Sequence record: DRR723986_10858
DNA length: 35,192 nucleotides
Direction: 5' to 3' (one strand)
Numbering within the stretch: position 1 is the first letter of the stretch; each line of letters opens with the position of its first letter. Both the position numbers and the translations under genes were made by a program. Below, in pieces: positions 22,101-29,106 of the stretch. The notes below the pieces were generated by a model. It saw only the letters and a program-made list of their open reading frames with translations. It had not been told where the DNA came from and did not search any database.

Positions 22101-22674
22101 CTGCATTTTGATCCAAGTGTAACGATATCAAGTCACTTTCAATGACAATTCCTGTGTTTCCGAGCATCAGAGGCTTTAACCGTACCCCTGCGCCGTTTAC
22201 ACCAAAATCAAAGCTTACATTGCCATCTGTATCGGCGGAGAGACTAAGTCCATTAAGGTTTAATTGGTATGGCGCAATATCTCCGTTTGCAGCCAGAATT
22301 GGTACGTATGAGTCTCCCTTTAGTTCAACGGGTGCAAGAAGTTCAATATCGAACCGCAGTGCTGGACTTACATTCGGGAGTGTTAACGTTCCTAGTGACT
22401 CATCAATTTGTATAGTTGCCGGTATTTCTGTCAATCCTCCTTCCGAATTTATGACTAGCTCAATCGGCAAAAAGGAAAGAGCTATACCAAGCTCATCTAT
22501 GTATTGAAGTGTGACATCGTATGTTCTGAGTGGGAGTGAATTGTCATTGGAATAACTGTAGTCCTTAATGCCAACTCGATATAGGAGTGCATCGCGCCCA
22601 GCTAGATCGAAAATATGTCGCGGAAACTCCCAAACGTAACCAATGGGAACAAAATTCTGATCAAAGAGTGCCAT
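13126..22674 (-). CDS. Giant 3182-aa protein: N-terminal DUF6603-like beta-rich region, nested beta-sandwich modules, six ConA/DUF1080/TSP_C-like jelly-roll repeats
   Basis: Uninterrupted ORF with SD AGAGG. Six repeats of consensus W.DY.....L.S.D...IGVMFRY.D.DNYYRFSM...G..GLY...N..A.F. N-terminal ~840 aa of Gly/aromatic amphipathic strands (GIPLWATGLSLYGVSGMFAMNM, FPGPIIMLEGKA). Confidence 0.9.
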   Translation of the reverse strand: MALFDQNFVPIGYVWEFPRHIFDLAGRDALLYRVGIKDYSYSNDNSLPLRTYDVTLQYIDELGIALSFLPIELVINSEGGLTEIPATIQIDESLGTLTLPNVSPALRFDIELLAPVELKGDSYVPILAANGDIAPYQLNLNGLSLSADTDGNVSFDFGVNGAGVRLKPLMLGNTGIVIESDLISLHLDQNAAPPQGQATGFTGVFIEEARIILPESLRSAVPSRVTIEDCYIGKGGFTGAVSASWTNPYQGTILGLDFELEFFEIELNQNSISEFSIKGKLTLPFFDEPVNVELGLDMGGNISIKLAATSPNGIYTLSKPGVLTAQLESLAFEIEDGDFKVIVSGELTPDIGGFNWPAFRVDDLAIDSDGNVSLEGGWLNLPKQYALDFNGFMLEITKIGFGKTSDGGKYIGASGGLTLVKNLQAGASVEGLRVIWYDDGRPSRITFDGVGVEFEIPDVLQFKGAVSYRDLGSTKRFDGSIEVNLMALGIVVDAKIVIGRKLDPGTGKEFSFFALYLSADFGAGIPLWATGLSLYGVSGMFAMNMEPDKRSDERWYGIGANDGWYKRPNIGVTDINNKWRPEDSSMGFGAGVTLGTAPDNGFLVNARFMLVLIFPGPIIMLEGKANMLKKRAALDDEPIFRALAVLDNREESFLVGVDAQYLYGKDGQIIDIRAGAEAFYSFRDPKAWHLYLGVRDPLEQRIRASVIYRFFEANAYFMLDSEQLAMGAFMGYDKRWEFGPLAVMLEAWIEGNAVLSWSPSYLSADFWLHGLVGLSVFGFDVVLSRDAKVQLGVFDPLHILLSFDVGIKLPWPLKDIKVTIKVEWGPKGDAPKLPIPLKELAIEHFKVSATWPLPRLAPGGGGERLLLPDYEDGDGMYTATPEASGEPNPAHIPVIPLDARPHVTFSRPVHDDAKVGVIVQPVTPAWEILGDPSKNEGPVLTRYSLKEIALQKKEAGSWVTVARKATTPNGAGVDTLFGSWAPVPAMPDGGGVNVGQTKLWLWSKTPYDYLRRTGADWRDWWANYFNDYPCIPVAPDSRTCCDFEDYNVGDRLPSPYICAGDPSITFTVDTHQVPWFTIAELDPPIEGKTRGACFVGFHGATIDFGAPVRNARILMHADGQKSSKECINLDAVTPDLGPNPRIVDGVTFKAWRPGPAAEANTEITSYQGGARVLFISKTLEITFPCPIDWVELKLITESSLTIETIDAFYQRTSTAVAASPSFQTVEISKSGTISILITADNDYTLNYLREICYNCFECASNSEGVNGICSDLSTATPDTASNPRIVNGVSFLAMNAESNPYESSQIVELSGGRALDLETNTKISFPQLTDGVALELVLNEAGTVKALNESDEVIATLHIAPDSSVQTVFVDVRNIKAITINSPTAQNYLRTVCRDSAVPSGTTAAYATDSDAVQTGPYVSNGSVIWLPVPNLEQVWVRSNGRPGAAQACFVEVCANLGPDPSEVTLREAMQQHNQDETARWADKGAVLEPSTEYRLRLQTEIQTKETGKQAVDDVPNTHAITEYAYFKTEGPPGLANYSLPVNQVADNFESGLSDLQRYVRQTLPATVPAAGKKTPLPRPIYRAYDVGADFNEDYVELMYRMAGRTLNLYLFDNNNQPVRDAQGRLIILNNAWGQAESLTLDAEEQNWINDLSIVNCDPATPNIDEATIPHDDRAAARNKDQVLKSDVFYEARLVPLLVHDDFREYTLGQTAIGSGTSIGPWSVEQQSGASGDSTWEIFEDGAGADATRYIGQTSGMGFTGPGSTAHRPGAMLIHTSSSNWDNYRYSLYLRSSDTDTIGVVFRYNGVNDYYQFHMDQQNGYRRLLRNKAGVVTVLAQDRVAYTSDRDYLVTVEAIGELLNVYLDGALLFSVQDSAFDKGGIGLYCSRNSDAQFRDIRVDDFREAAPVVYRFQFTTSNYANFIQHINSYRDSTWLNELLPATPYDGVISTFVSTANAPATAPTDLEQRKYAEFAEIVNGQDSLTNPPELQASRIERSGHAYALLLESPEPIDWARTDLDVLYAANPIESGVGAGAARIADVSFGNANMGSESVSLVLNSATNLNGYTLETYDPPSGGGIFEPPESDSVVFVVDHGSGSCGQLYHEDFGTNALDLYEIIDQAGASPGSNWQVAGGAIIQRNATFAGTEPDARGTIALIGSEQWTDYRVRLGLEVAASGASGLVFRYTDEENYYRFSINTNGSSGNRRLVKVSGGTVSVLWEDTQVMATSQSHELVIQVQGSNIVGSINNRYMFAVEDSSNFNGRVGFYSWKNTGAEFDELLVEELRAKLLLWNPEFNSLDDVVIVDEGSIDAPSEWLVSGGKLLQDGNIHGGTNNETDLPKPGTYAIAQTGSLRDTEIGLRFTADDVGALGVMFRYVDEDNYYRFSMDADPSRTYRHLVKKVNGVFTLLWKDPNNGFTVSQAHDLTITNVGSKIAVHLDGNLLCDVIDKDLDSGHVALYTWRKVVVQFENVIVTDPRRAVGAGMAIYDESNLSGRSIWTCYEKSLKQISAIGSSSGSEKTGTYAVTTGVAESDYRINATLQSDSAEDIGVVFRFVDEDNFYRLSFNVSGQYIKLLKKQNGSYSQIWSQTSQPGYVRYTAFKVRVDLVGNRIVAYVDDNKLFDLNDSTHSQGQAGLYCAENTKAYFDEFVVRRMPLSTYALFADKFASKDASEWTVVDDGTYETPSNWAFNNGAYEQSRNVHDDPSAGLAIHKRGTFAVAGSSDWDDLVFKTVLRSNDVNSIGVMFRYTDSKNYYRFSMDKQRQFRRLIKNVNGVMTELWADEFEYEHREYEFTVVLEGRLIRVFMDGAQVLEFDDSSHPQGKVGLYCWRNTAARFVRAQVYPLEMLTQQYTLRDEFDVLNVNRWKFYDDGTLNTPSDWSVASGELRQQSDINGNTANDAFLGTYALAGESSWTDYRLTTRLKSADDGSIGVMFRYIDEDNYYRFSMNKLQTFRRLTKKENGQTTTLWEDTQSGFNTQDEYFVTIDCVGNILTGMLNGAELFSVKDTTHAAGKIALYCCQNTGAQFMEMSVAEMVWRNHYTFTGEVARPAGTVIQVFGATPTASPDACVEARVIAQKDDSPVDRFGGKSVTLRLRNASDLIHSRQFLNEELFASVANVKLNRKVDGTAFLLFIDSAHASSTTITQGTYKLKFVYRRDNRANDPNSELLSRDGDTSSEKAEIVIPW

Positions 22675-22715
22675 TCTCTAAGCCTCTATTTATTTAGTGA
22701 TTTACGAATTTGAGT

Positions 22716-25190
22716 TTAGATGATAAAGCTGTCGTAGTCCAGGTCTTGGTTGTTAAGGTGAGTTGAAAATCCTGGGTCGCCATCTCCTGTATCAACACCT
22801 TCATCCAGATCTACTATTCTCGCGTTCTGAGAAGTAGGTTCATTTGCTACATTTCCCGTTACGTTTATTGTATAATCTTCATAGTCAATATCAATGTCAC
22901 GCACACCAACGGCCGTACCTCTAAGTATGTATATTCCGCCACCTATTCCATGGCCAACATGATTGGCTTGGTTTGTCTTAATTTCACAATTCTTTTTGAC
23001 GTCTAGAGTCACGTCACCAAATTCGAACACCTTAATCAGAATTGCCTGCCACATTTCCGTCCCTTCTGGTCCGATAGAGCCTTCACTCACGGCGGACAAG
23101 GTCAATCCACCGCCTGCCCAACCTGTGCTACTGTTGTTACGTATGATTGTTTTATCGGTAGCGGTACTTCTGACTTGGCAATGCACATTTCTCATCGAAA
23201 CGCCGCCGCCGCCAGGAAATGCATTAGATGTATTCTCAATGATTGTATCTTTTTGTATTGAGAGGTCGGACCCCATTGAAGCCCTTACGCCGCCACCGCC
23301 GCCACCGGCAGTATTGAATTCAATTGTGTTGCTTTGCAGTGCAAAACGAGACATTACCGAAGCATAAATTCCGCCGCCATCGTCTGTTGCCAAATTGTTA
23401 TCAATTTGATTGTTTGAGATATACACAAAACTATTCTGCCCCTTTTTAACTCGAACTTCATCAAACAGCTCCCACTTTATTCCTTGTACAAATGCTTGGG
23501 ACAAAGGGGCCATATAATTAGCCAGTTGATCAATGTTAATAATTACAGATGCGAGCCAAGTCGCCAAGAATGAAGCAACATCTATTGGGCCCATATTATT
23601 GAGGTAGTCAATAAATTTGTCCATCAAAGTTTCATAGGTATGATCTCGATTCTGCTTATCTGGTAAACAAATCTCAAGAGCAATACCGCCTCCATCACGC
23701 CGCCCCGAAGTATTTGGACCATTATTGGTAATGGTGTTGTGTTCAATGACGGGCCAGCCATAACCAACGACCCCAATTCCTCCTCCTCGGCCACCTACAA
23801 TATTATCTTCAATCAAGCATTGTCTGATAAAACCACAACTCCAACCAAAACAGACGCCTGCACCGAATGACTGACCTGAGACAGGATAGTTGGGGTACGT
23901 TGTATTGGTTCCCGAAGCAACAATTCTCGCCCTAATAAGTGTAACCAGATCTTTTTTCGCACCAGAAGGTAAACCGCCGATCAAAACGTCAATTTTAGCC
24001 AGGAAATCTGAACTCCCAAGAATGTTCGTTGATGTAGTATTACCTCGGATGCAACAGCGTTCAATACGAACACGTTGGCTATCCAGAACACCAATTCCAG
24101 CACCACCAATTTCCTTTGGAATCGTTGAAGTGGTAGTAACCCCACCTTCAACTGTTAATTGAAATATACCGACTGGTTCATCGCCCACATCTTTAACTAA
24201 AATCACTCTTCCACTTCCGCCGGAGGGCCGAATCTGTGGCAACTGATTTGAAGCAAACGCATTGTCTCGCGGGTTGAGACCTGCCGTGGACATCAGCACT
24301 AAAGGTTTGTCAATTGTAATCTCGCCTTCTGTATATATTGCCGTGTCCAGTACAATAACTGTGTCGTATGGGTTGGCATACTGTATTGCCTCTTTTAAGT
24401 CACGGGCTGGCTTGTTTGGATCTTTAAAGTAGCCGGAAACGGGTCCCCCGTGATTGGCCGCTGTCACTGTATTGGGATGTGTCTCCATCACATATCGAAA
24501 ATCTCCACCACTCCACGCTGGCCAGGAGACATCAATCAGTAGGGATTTTAAACTGTGAGTCTCCAGCTCCAAGAATAGCTCTCGGTATGTTTCGACAAAA
24601 GAAGACAAACCTGCGTCTAGACTCGACACCCCAAGACTATTGAATTTGCCACAAACCGTGTATGTTCGGCTACCTGGACTAGACGTGCCGTTAATATCAA
24701 CTAGTTGCGATCCTGCTCGTATAGGAAGTGTTCCAGTTCCATTGAGTAGCTCATCAACCATGGTTGTCCAGCTCTCAAAATTCTCCCACCATGAAATACC
24801 CATTGATTCAAGTGTTCGTCTAAGGTCGTTTGCATCAATTCCACCGTACACGATAGCATCTGGATATACTGACCACGCAGGTTTCGCATGTTTTATGGCT
24901 TCGTTCAGTACAGGGTCGATAACAGTTAGTGTTAACTCACCCGAAACAGTATCATACTTCAATGAACCGTTAAACATTGCAAATAGATTACAAAGGCTGG
25001 ATGTCGTTGGTGCCGTTAGTTCCCAGCCACGGCTGAATGTAACTCCCGAGGTTCCTGGCTGGCCATTGAATCCCATATTTCTGAACTGAGGACTGGAAAT
25101 TGAGCCATCTGAACCAAATGGTATTTTGGCCTGCAGGCTTGTCGTCGCATCTTCATAAGCTCGCGAATGAGGATATGGTTTAATTGCCAT
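22716..25190 (-). CDS. Right-handed parallel beta-helix (pectin-lyase-fold) protein, ~824 aa
   Basis: Start moved to ATG 25190 (MAIKP), 13 bp after the upstream stop, which removes a 173-bp overlap. LKEAIQYANPYDTVIV...Y.EGEITIDKPLVL cap motif and repeated I..N...GGG(I/V) rungs. Confidence 0.85.
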   Translation of the reverse strand: MAIKPYPHSRAYEDATTSLQAKIPFGSDGSISSPQFRNMGFNGQPGTSGVTFSRGWELTAPTTSSLCNLFAMFNGSLKYDTVSGELTLTVIDPVLNEAIKHAKPAWSVYPDAIVYGGIDANDLRRTLESMGISWWENFESWTTMVDELLNGTGTLPIRAGSQLVDINGTSSPGSRTYTVCGKFNSLGVSSLDAGLSSFVETYRELFLELETHSLKSLLIDVSWPAWSGGDFRYVMETHPNTVTAANHGGPVSGYFKDPNKPARDLKEAIQYANPYDTVIVLDTAIYTEGEITIDKPLVLMSTAGLNPRDNAFASNQLPQIRPSGGSGRVILVKDVGDEPVGIFQLTVEGGVTTTSTIPKEIGGAGIGVLDSQRVRIERCCIRGNTTSTNILGSSDFLAKIDVLIGGLPSGAKKDLVTLIRARIVASGTNTTYPNYPVSGQSFGAGVCFGWSCGFIRQCLIEDNIVGGRGGGIGVVGYGWPVIEHNTITNNGPNTSGRRDGGGIALEICLPDKQNRDHTYETLMDKFIDYLNNMGPIDVASFLATWLASVIINIDQLANYMAPLSQAFVQGIKWELFDEVRVKKGQNSFVYISNNQIDNNLATDDGGGIYASVMSRFALQSNTIEFNTAGGGGGGVRASMGSDLSIQKDTIIENTSNAFPGGGGVSMRNVHCQVRSTATDKTIIRNNSSTGWAGGGLTLSAVSEGSIGPEGTEMWQAILIKVFEFGDVTLDVKKNCEIKTNQANHVGHGIGGGIYILRGTAVGVRDIDIDYEDYTINVTGNVANEPTSQNARIVDLDEGVDTGDGDPGFSTHLNNQDLDYDSFII

Positions 25191-25203
25191 AGTATTTTTC
25201 TGT

Positions 25204-28200
25204 TTATGTTGGTTGTAGATCTGTTGAAATAGTTTTATTCCCGACTTTGGTCCTTCCGATGATGAAATATGATGAGCCCTCAATTTGGTTGAACCCAGGT
25301 ATTGCAACCTCAAACAACCAATTCCCTGATACTCCATCATACTTACCCGACAACCACTTAGAAATGGGTTTTTCATTTCCAGTTGTCGCGGACTTCTGCA
25401 TTACGATACACTCCTGTATGTAATCGCATTTCCATTTCCCTATTAGCAGTCCGTTAACAGCTTGATACGTCAGAATGTCCCATTGCGGAGGGTTTGGAGG
25501 CAGATATTCATACGGCATTGACACTTTCACACTACCAGGTGTAGACGAGTTCAGATTTGTATCTAGCGCTGTAATACGATAATAATATTTCGTCCCTCCG
25601 ATCAACGAATCATCCACCCAACTCACCTCAGCCGGACGGCTCGCAGGCGCTAAAGTCTCTACAACTGTCTGCACCAATTCCATCGATCGAATATCACGCG
25701 CGTCATCTGCACTCTCCGCCCGATAGACCCGATACTCCTTCAAGTCCGGCTCGCGGTTCGAGGCCCATTTGATCGTAATCTGTTTATCACCACCCAAAGT
25801 CTTGGTGACTTTGGGTTTAAGTGGCGGAACAACATCCGGAAGGCAAATGGGTGGCGTGCTATCACTTGGCGGACCAGTGATGTGCACCGAGTTAACATAT
25901 GCATAGCGATAAAAGTACTTGCTGGTGGTTTTTCCATCCAGGGTATCAACATACGCTCTTAAACTGCTGCTCGGTGAATAGCCCAGATCGTTGTCCGGAC
26001 CAACTTTATCTGCATTTGCAGGTGCATTGGGATCCAATGGCTGGATTGTTAACTGGGCAAAAGCTTCTTCGTTACCTTCCAGATTGGCCAACACCCACAA
26101 TGCCTTGGGGTTTAGACCTTCGTAAATCGGCAGTGCCGCCGCAAAATCTACCGCGCTGTCCAATGGCGCAATGTCCGCTATCACAGCACTCTTTTCAGCC
26201 GAATTATACGATGCCGGAAATGCAGCGTCACCATGCCCTAAAGGCCCGCGCGCAGCCCTTAAGCCCCAATCAATCTGAAACAATGTGTTGTCAACCGCGC
26301 GCAGAATGTGCGTCTTCATGTGTGCTGACGGAATCCAGCGGAAAGTATAAAACGACTCCGCATGGTAGTCTGCAGCCGTTGCCTCAATACACTCCTTCGG
26401 ATAAATCGGCAGGTTTGGCTTTGAAGGCACTTTACGAAACACTCGGAATACCAATGCCGCAGGACTGACCACACTCTCGTTTCCAGTACGATTGCCAAAA
26501 GGTGTTCCATTCCATTTGGCGTCGTCACCCGTCGAGATTTTGTCATCTACAGCCGTAATGCCAACATTAGCGTAGTAGATTGGCGAGCTCTCCGATACAG
26601 GCATCGAAAAGCCGGTTACAGTTCCTGGAGGTGGCGGAAGCAACGGTAGAATCACATCGTAGAAACGAGTTCCGTCAGGCTCCAGCGTATATGAGTTGGC
26701 ATAATCGTTAACATAGATTCGTTCATTCCATTGATTCGCCGCTGCACCACTATTGGGAGAGGCATAACCTGGGTTATAGTAAATTCTAAACTCTTTAGTA
26801 TCAGGAGCAGCGCGCATATGCATGGGTGTCCACCTCCAGGTCACACGCAGGCCTATGGTATCAGGCGGTAGTACAGCTGCTCGCCAGGTGTTATACTTTG
26901 GGTCTTGTACGACGTATGGATCAAACGGATCAAGCGCAAACGCTTCGATTGCAGTCGGAACCGGCGGCGGCGTTTTATCGCGCAAATCAACCGCATAGTT
27001 GTTTTTGATGTTGTTTAACAATCCCGGAACGTAGTACCAGGGCTCTGGATTCGGCACAGGCTGCCACTGCTTCCACATGGCGGGAGCACTGAACTCTGTC
27101 CAGCGTCCAAAAATGTCGATACCAGTGATTCGATAACTGTACCAACCGTCGTCTAATGCACGGTCAATGTAATGCATCACCTCCTGTGGCCAGTCTTTGG
27201 GCCGTTGCAGATTCTGCCCGGGTGTTATCAACGAATCACCAATCAGGACTGGCTGACCATCTGTTAACAAACTGTGCTGATCAATCGCTTCGGGTCCGCT
27301 CGGCGTTGCAATTGCATCACCCAAGCTAGAGCGCCAAACATGGTACAGAACCGGAGACCGCGTTAAAAGGATGTTACCCGAGATACCCAGGTCCCACGTC
27401 AACCCCGCATTGTTAACAGCATTTATCAATGGTGGTATCGCCTGCGGATTGTGGTCCGGCACCATCATTCCCGGCAAGTTGTACCCAACCGGATTATCCG
27501 GCGCGCTCAATGCCGCATGCTGTTCCATTTGTGCACAGGGAAGGATATAGGCCTCGACATCATCAAAACCCTTGTTTGCAATCCAACCCGCCGGGTCATT
27601 CTCGTCGACCTTGCCGCGATAGTCGGCAACAATCAGGTAGTCATACGCTACGTTTAACTGCGTGGAGTCATCGTAGTAATACAGCCCCAACATCTGGGCA
27701 AAATCGACATCTACTGTGCTCAGAGCCAGATAATCGAGATGAAAACGCTCCTGCATCGTCGGTTCGTCGCTTGCCGCTACAGGCACCGAAACACCCTGCT
27801 CAAAAGTGGATTTCTGGAACATTGGAGTGCCGCCCGGTCCGCCTGCTACAATAGCCTCCAGCTCATCATGCAGTTTGCTAAAGTTGTCGTTAAACCACGT
27901 GTTGTCTTTTGTACCGTCCAGTTCACGCGATTCTGCCAGGGCACGTGCCGCCGCTTCATCCCGCGGCATCGATACACAGGGATAATCAGGATGATACACT
28001 GGTAGACTGAAAGGCTGACAGCTGTTGGCCCAGTCACTGGGGTTTGTTGTACAGTTGGGTACTAATTGCCAGCCTGTTCTGGAATCCTGCGAAACATTGT
28101 TACAACAAACCTGACGCAGCCTTGCCGGGCCCGGGTTCCAGAGCACGCTGTTAAATTCAGATAGATCATACTTAAACAATTTGACTTCACCCGACAATCC

Positions 28201-29106
28201 CTCAACCGTCTCCTCGTAGACCTTGTGTTCGCCGCTGTATACACTGACATGGACTTCGTGTGTTTCGCCATTCACATCGATGACATTGTACTTAACACTG
28301 TCCAGAAGCTGCTCCGAATCACCTGGCAAGACATGTACTGAAACGATGTCTTCCCCGGCAAGTCCAAGCGATTCCAATTCACCCGTGCCTTGTAATGTCA
28401 TCGACGCAACAATTTCTTCACTCGAGTTTTTGGCAAGCACGGTTCCCGGCGCATCACCGGCCAGGAGTGTTAGCTCAACGTAGTTAACCGGATCCGGTAG
28501 GGTCACTGCAACTTCTTCTCTGCAGACCAGTGTGCTGCGCGAGTCAAACTCCTTAATTTCAACCGTGGCGACAGGCTGTCCATCGCCATCCAGGGCCGTA
28601 AATGTTAACTCAGCGGAAGTTAGTGGGTTGTCATACTCGTCTTCCGGATAATCACTGAAATCGACAGTCTCACTGGTTAAGCCGTCTCCAACGAACGCAA
28701 TTTCGGCTTCAACCTTACGCATTGGTTCGTCGGGTGGATGTGCCATCTTGAGGTATTCGCGTTCTTCCAGACTCATCTCCAGCCAACCATTTGGCGAGAA
28801 TTCGTCCGTAATCACCATATCCTGGTTGCTACTGAAAACACCTACATCATTTTCAAACTCACATACTCCCGTCGACTCAGCGCTGTAGGAATAGCGAAAG
28901 GCTGCCCAGTTATTACAGGGCTCGGGCGTAGAAAGGTGCGTACGGCGAAATAAATAAAAGCCGTACCAGGGAAATCCCAGGTCCTTCTCAAACATCCAGC
29001 GCAGATGGATTCCATTGCCGAGTTTAACCTGAGGAGTATGTTGTGGCGGACTGTCCTGCCAAACTCCTAATGCGATCATTTTTAACTTATCTGTCTGTAA
29101 GGCCAT
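25204..29106 (-). CDS. Fibronectin type III repeat-containing protein, 1300 aa
   Basis: SD GGAG; GIHLRW, YSYRITGIDIFGRWTEFS, DKTPPPVP, DVVPPLKP..ITIKW..EPDLKEYRVYR..YYYRITALD FN3 motifs. Confidence 0.85.
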   Translation of the reverse strand: MALQTDKLKMIALGVWQDSPPQHTPQVKLGNGIHLRWMFEKDLGFPWYGFYLFRRTHLSTPEPCNNWAAFRYSYSAESTGVCEFENDVGVFSSNQDMVITDEFSPNGWLEMSLEEREYLKMAHPPDEPMRKVEAEIAFVGDGLTSETVDFSDYPEDEYDNPLTSAELTFTALDGDGQPVATVEIKEFDSRSTLVCREEVAVTLPDPVNYVELTLLAGDAPGTVLAKNSSEEIVASMTLQGTGELESLGLAGEDIVSVHVLPGDSEQLLDSVKYNVIDVNGETHEVHVSVYSGEHKVYEETVEGLSGEVKLFKYDLSEFNSVLWNPGPARLRQVCCNNVSQDSRTGWQLVPNCTTNPSDWANSCQPFSLPVYHPDYPCVSMPRDEAAARALAESRELDGTKDNTWFNDNFSKLHDELEAIVAGGPGGTPMFQKSTFEQGVSVPVAASDEPTMQERFHLDYLALSTVDVDFAQMLGLYYYDDSTQLNVAYDYLIVADYRGKVDENDPAGWIANKGFDDVEAYILPCAQMEQHAALSAPDNPVGYNLPGMMVPDHNPQAIPPLINAVNNAGLTWDLGISGNILLTRSPVLYHVWRSSLGDAIATPSGPEAIDQHSLLTDGQPVLIGDSLITPGQNLQRPKDWPQEVMHYIDRALDDGWYSYRITGIDIFGRWTEFSAPAMWKQWQPVPNPEPWYYVPGLLNNIKNNYAVDLRDKTPPPVPTAIEAFALDPFDPYVVQDPKYNTWRAAVLPPDTIGLRVTWRWTPMHMRAAPDTKEFRIYYNPGYASPNSGAAANQWNERIYVNDYANSYTLEPDGTRFYDVILPLLPPPPGTVTGFSMPVSESSPIYYANVGITAVDDKISTGDDAKWNGTPFGNRTGNESVVSPAALVFRVFRKVPSKPNLPIYPKECIEATAADYHAESFYTFRWIPSAHMKTHILRAVDNTLFQIDWGLRAARGPLGHGDAAFPASYNSAEKSAVIADIAPLDSAVDFAAALPIYEGLNPKALWVLANLEGNEEAFAQLTIQPLDPNAPANADKVGPDNDLGYSPSSSLRAYVDTLDGKTTSKYFYRYAYVNSVHITGPPSDSTPPICLPDVVPPLKPKVTKTLGGDKQITIKWASNREPDLKEYRVYRAESADDARDIRSMELVQTVVETLAPASRPAEVSWVDDSLIGGTKYYYRITALDTNLNSSTPGSVKVSMPYEYLPPNPPQWDILTYQAVNGLLIGKWKCDYIQECIVMQKSATTGNEKPISKWLSGKYDGVSGNWLFEVAIPGFNQIEGSSYFIIGRTKVGNKTISTDLQPT

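Noticed and set aside
25191-25376. 62-aa N-terminal extension of the 886-aa ORF
   Set aside because: Overlaps the 3' end of the 1300-aa gene; ATG 25190 gives normal operon spacing
13137-28953. Numerous 60-190-aa alternative-frame and antisense ORFs inside the long genes (likewise within 454-6823 and 30481-34450)
   Set aside because: Shadow ORFs of long coding frames with no motifs or SD support
8235-29106. Prophage or contractile injection system
   Set aside because: No capsid, terminase, sheath, tube, baseplate or VgrG/PAAR-like genes recognised; the fibre resemblance is motif-level only
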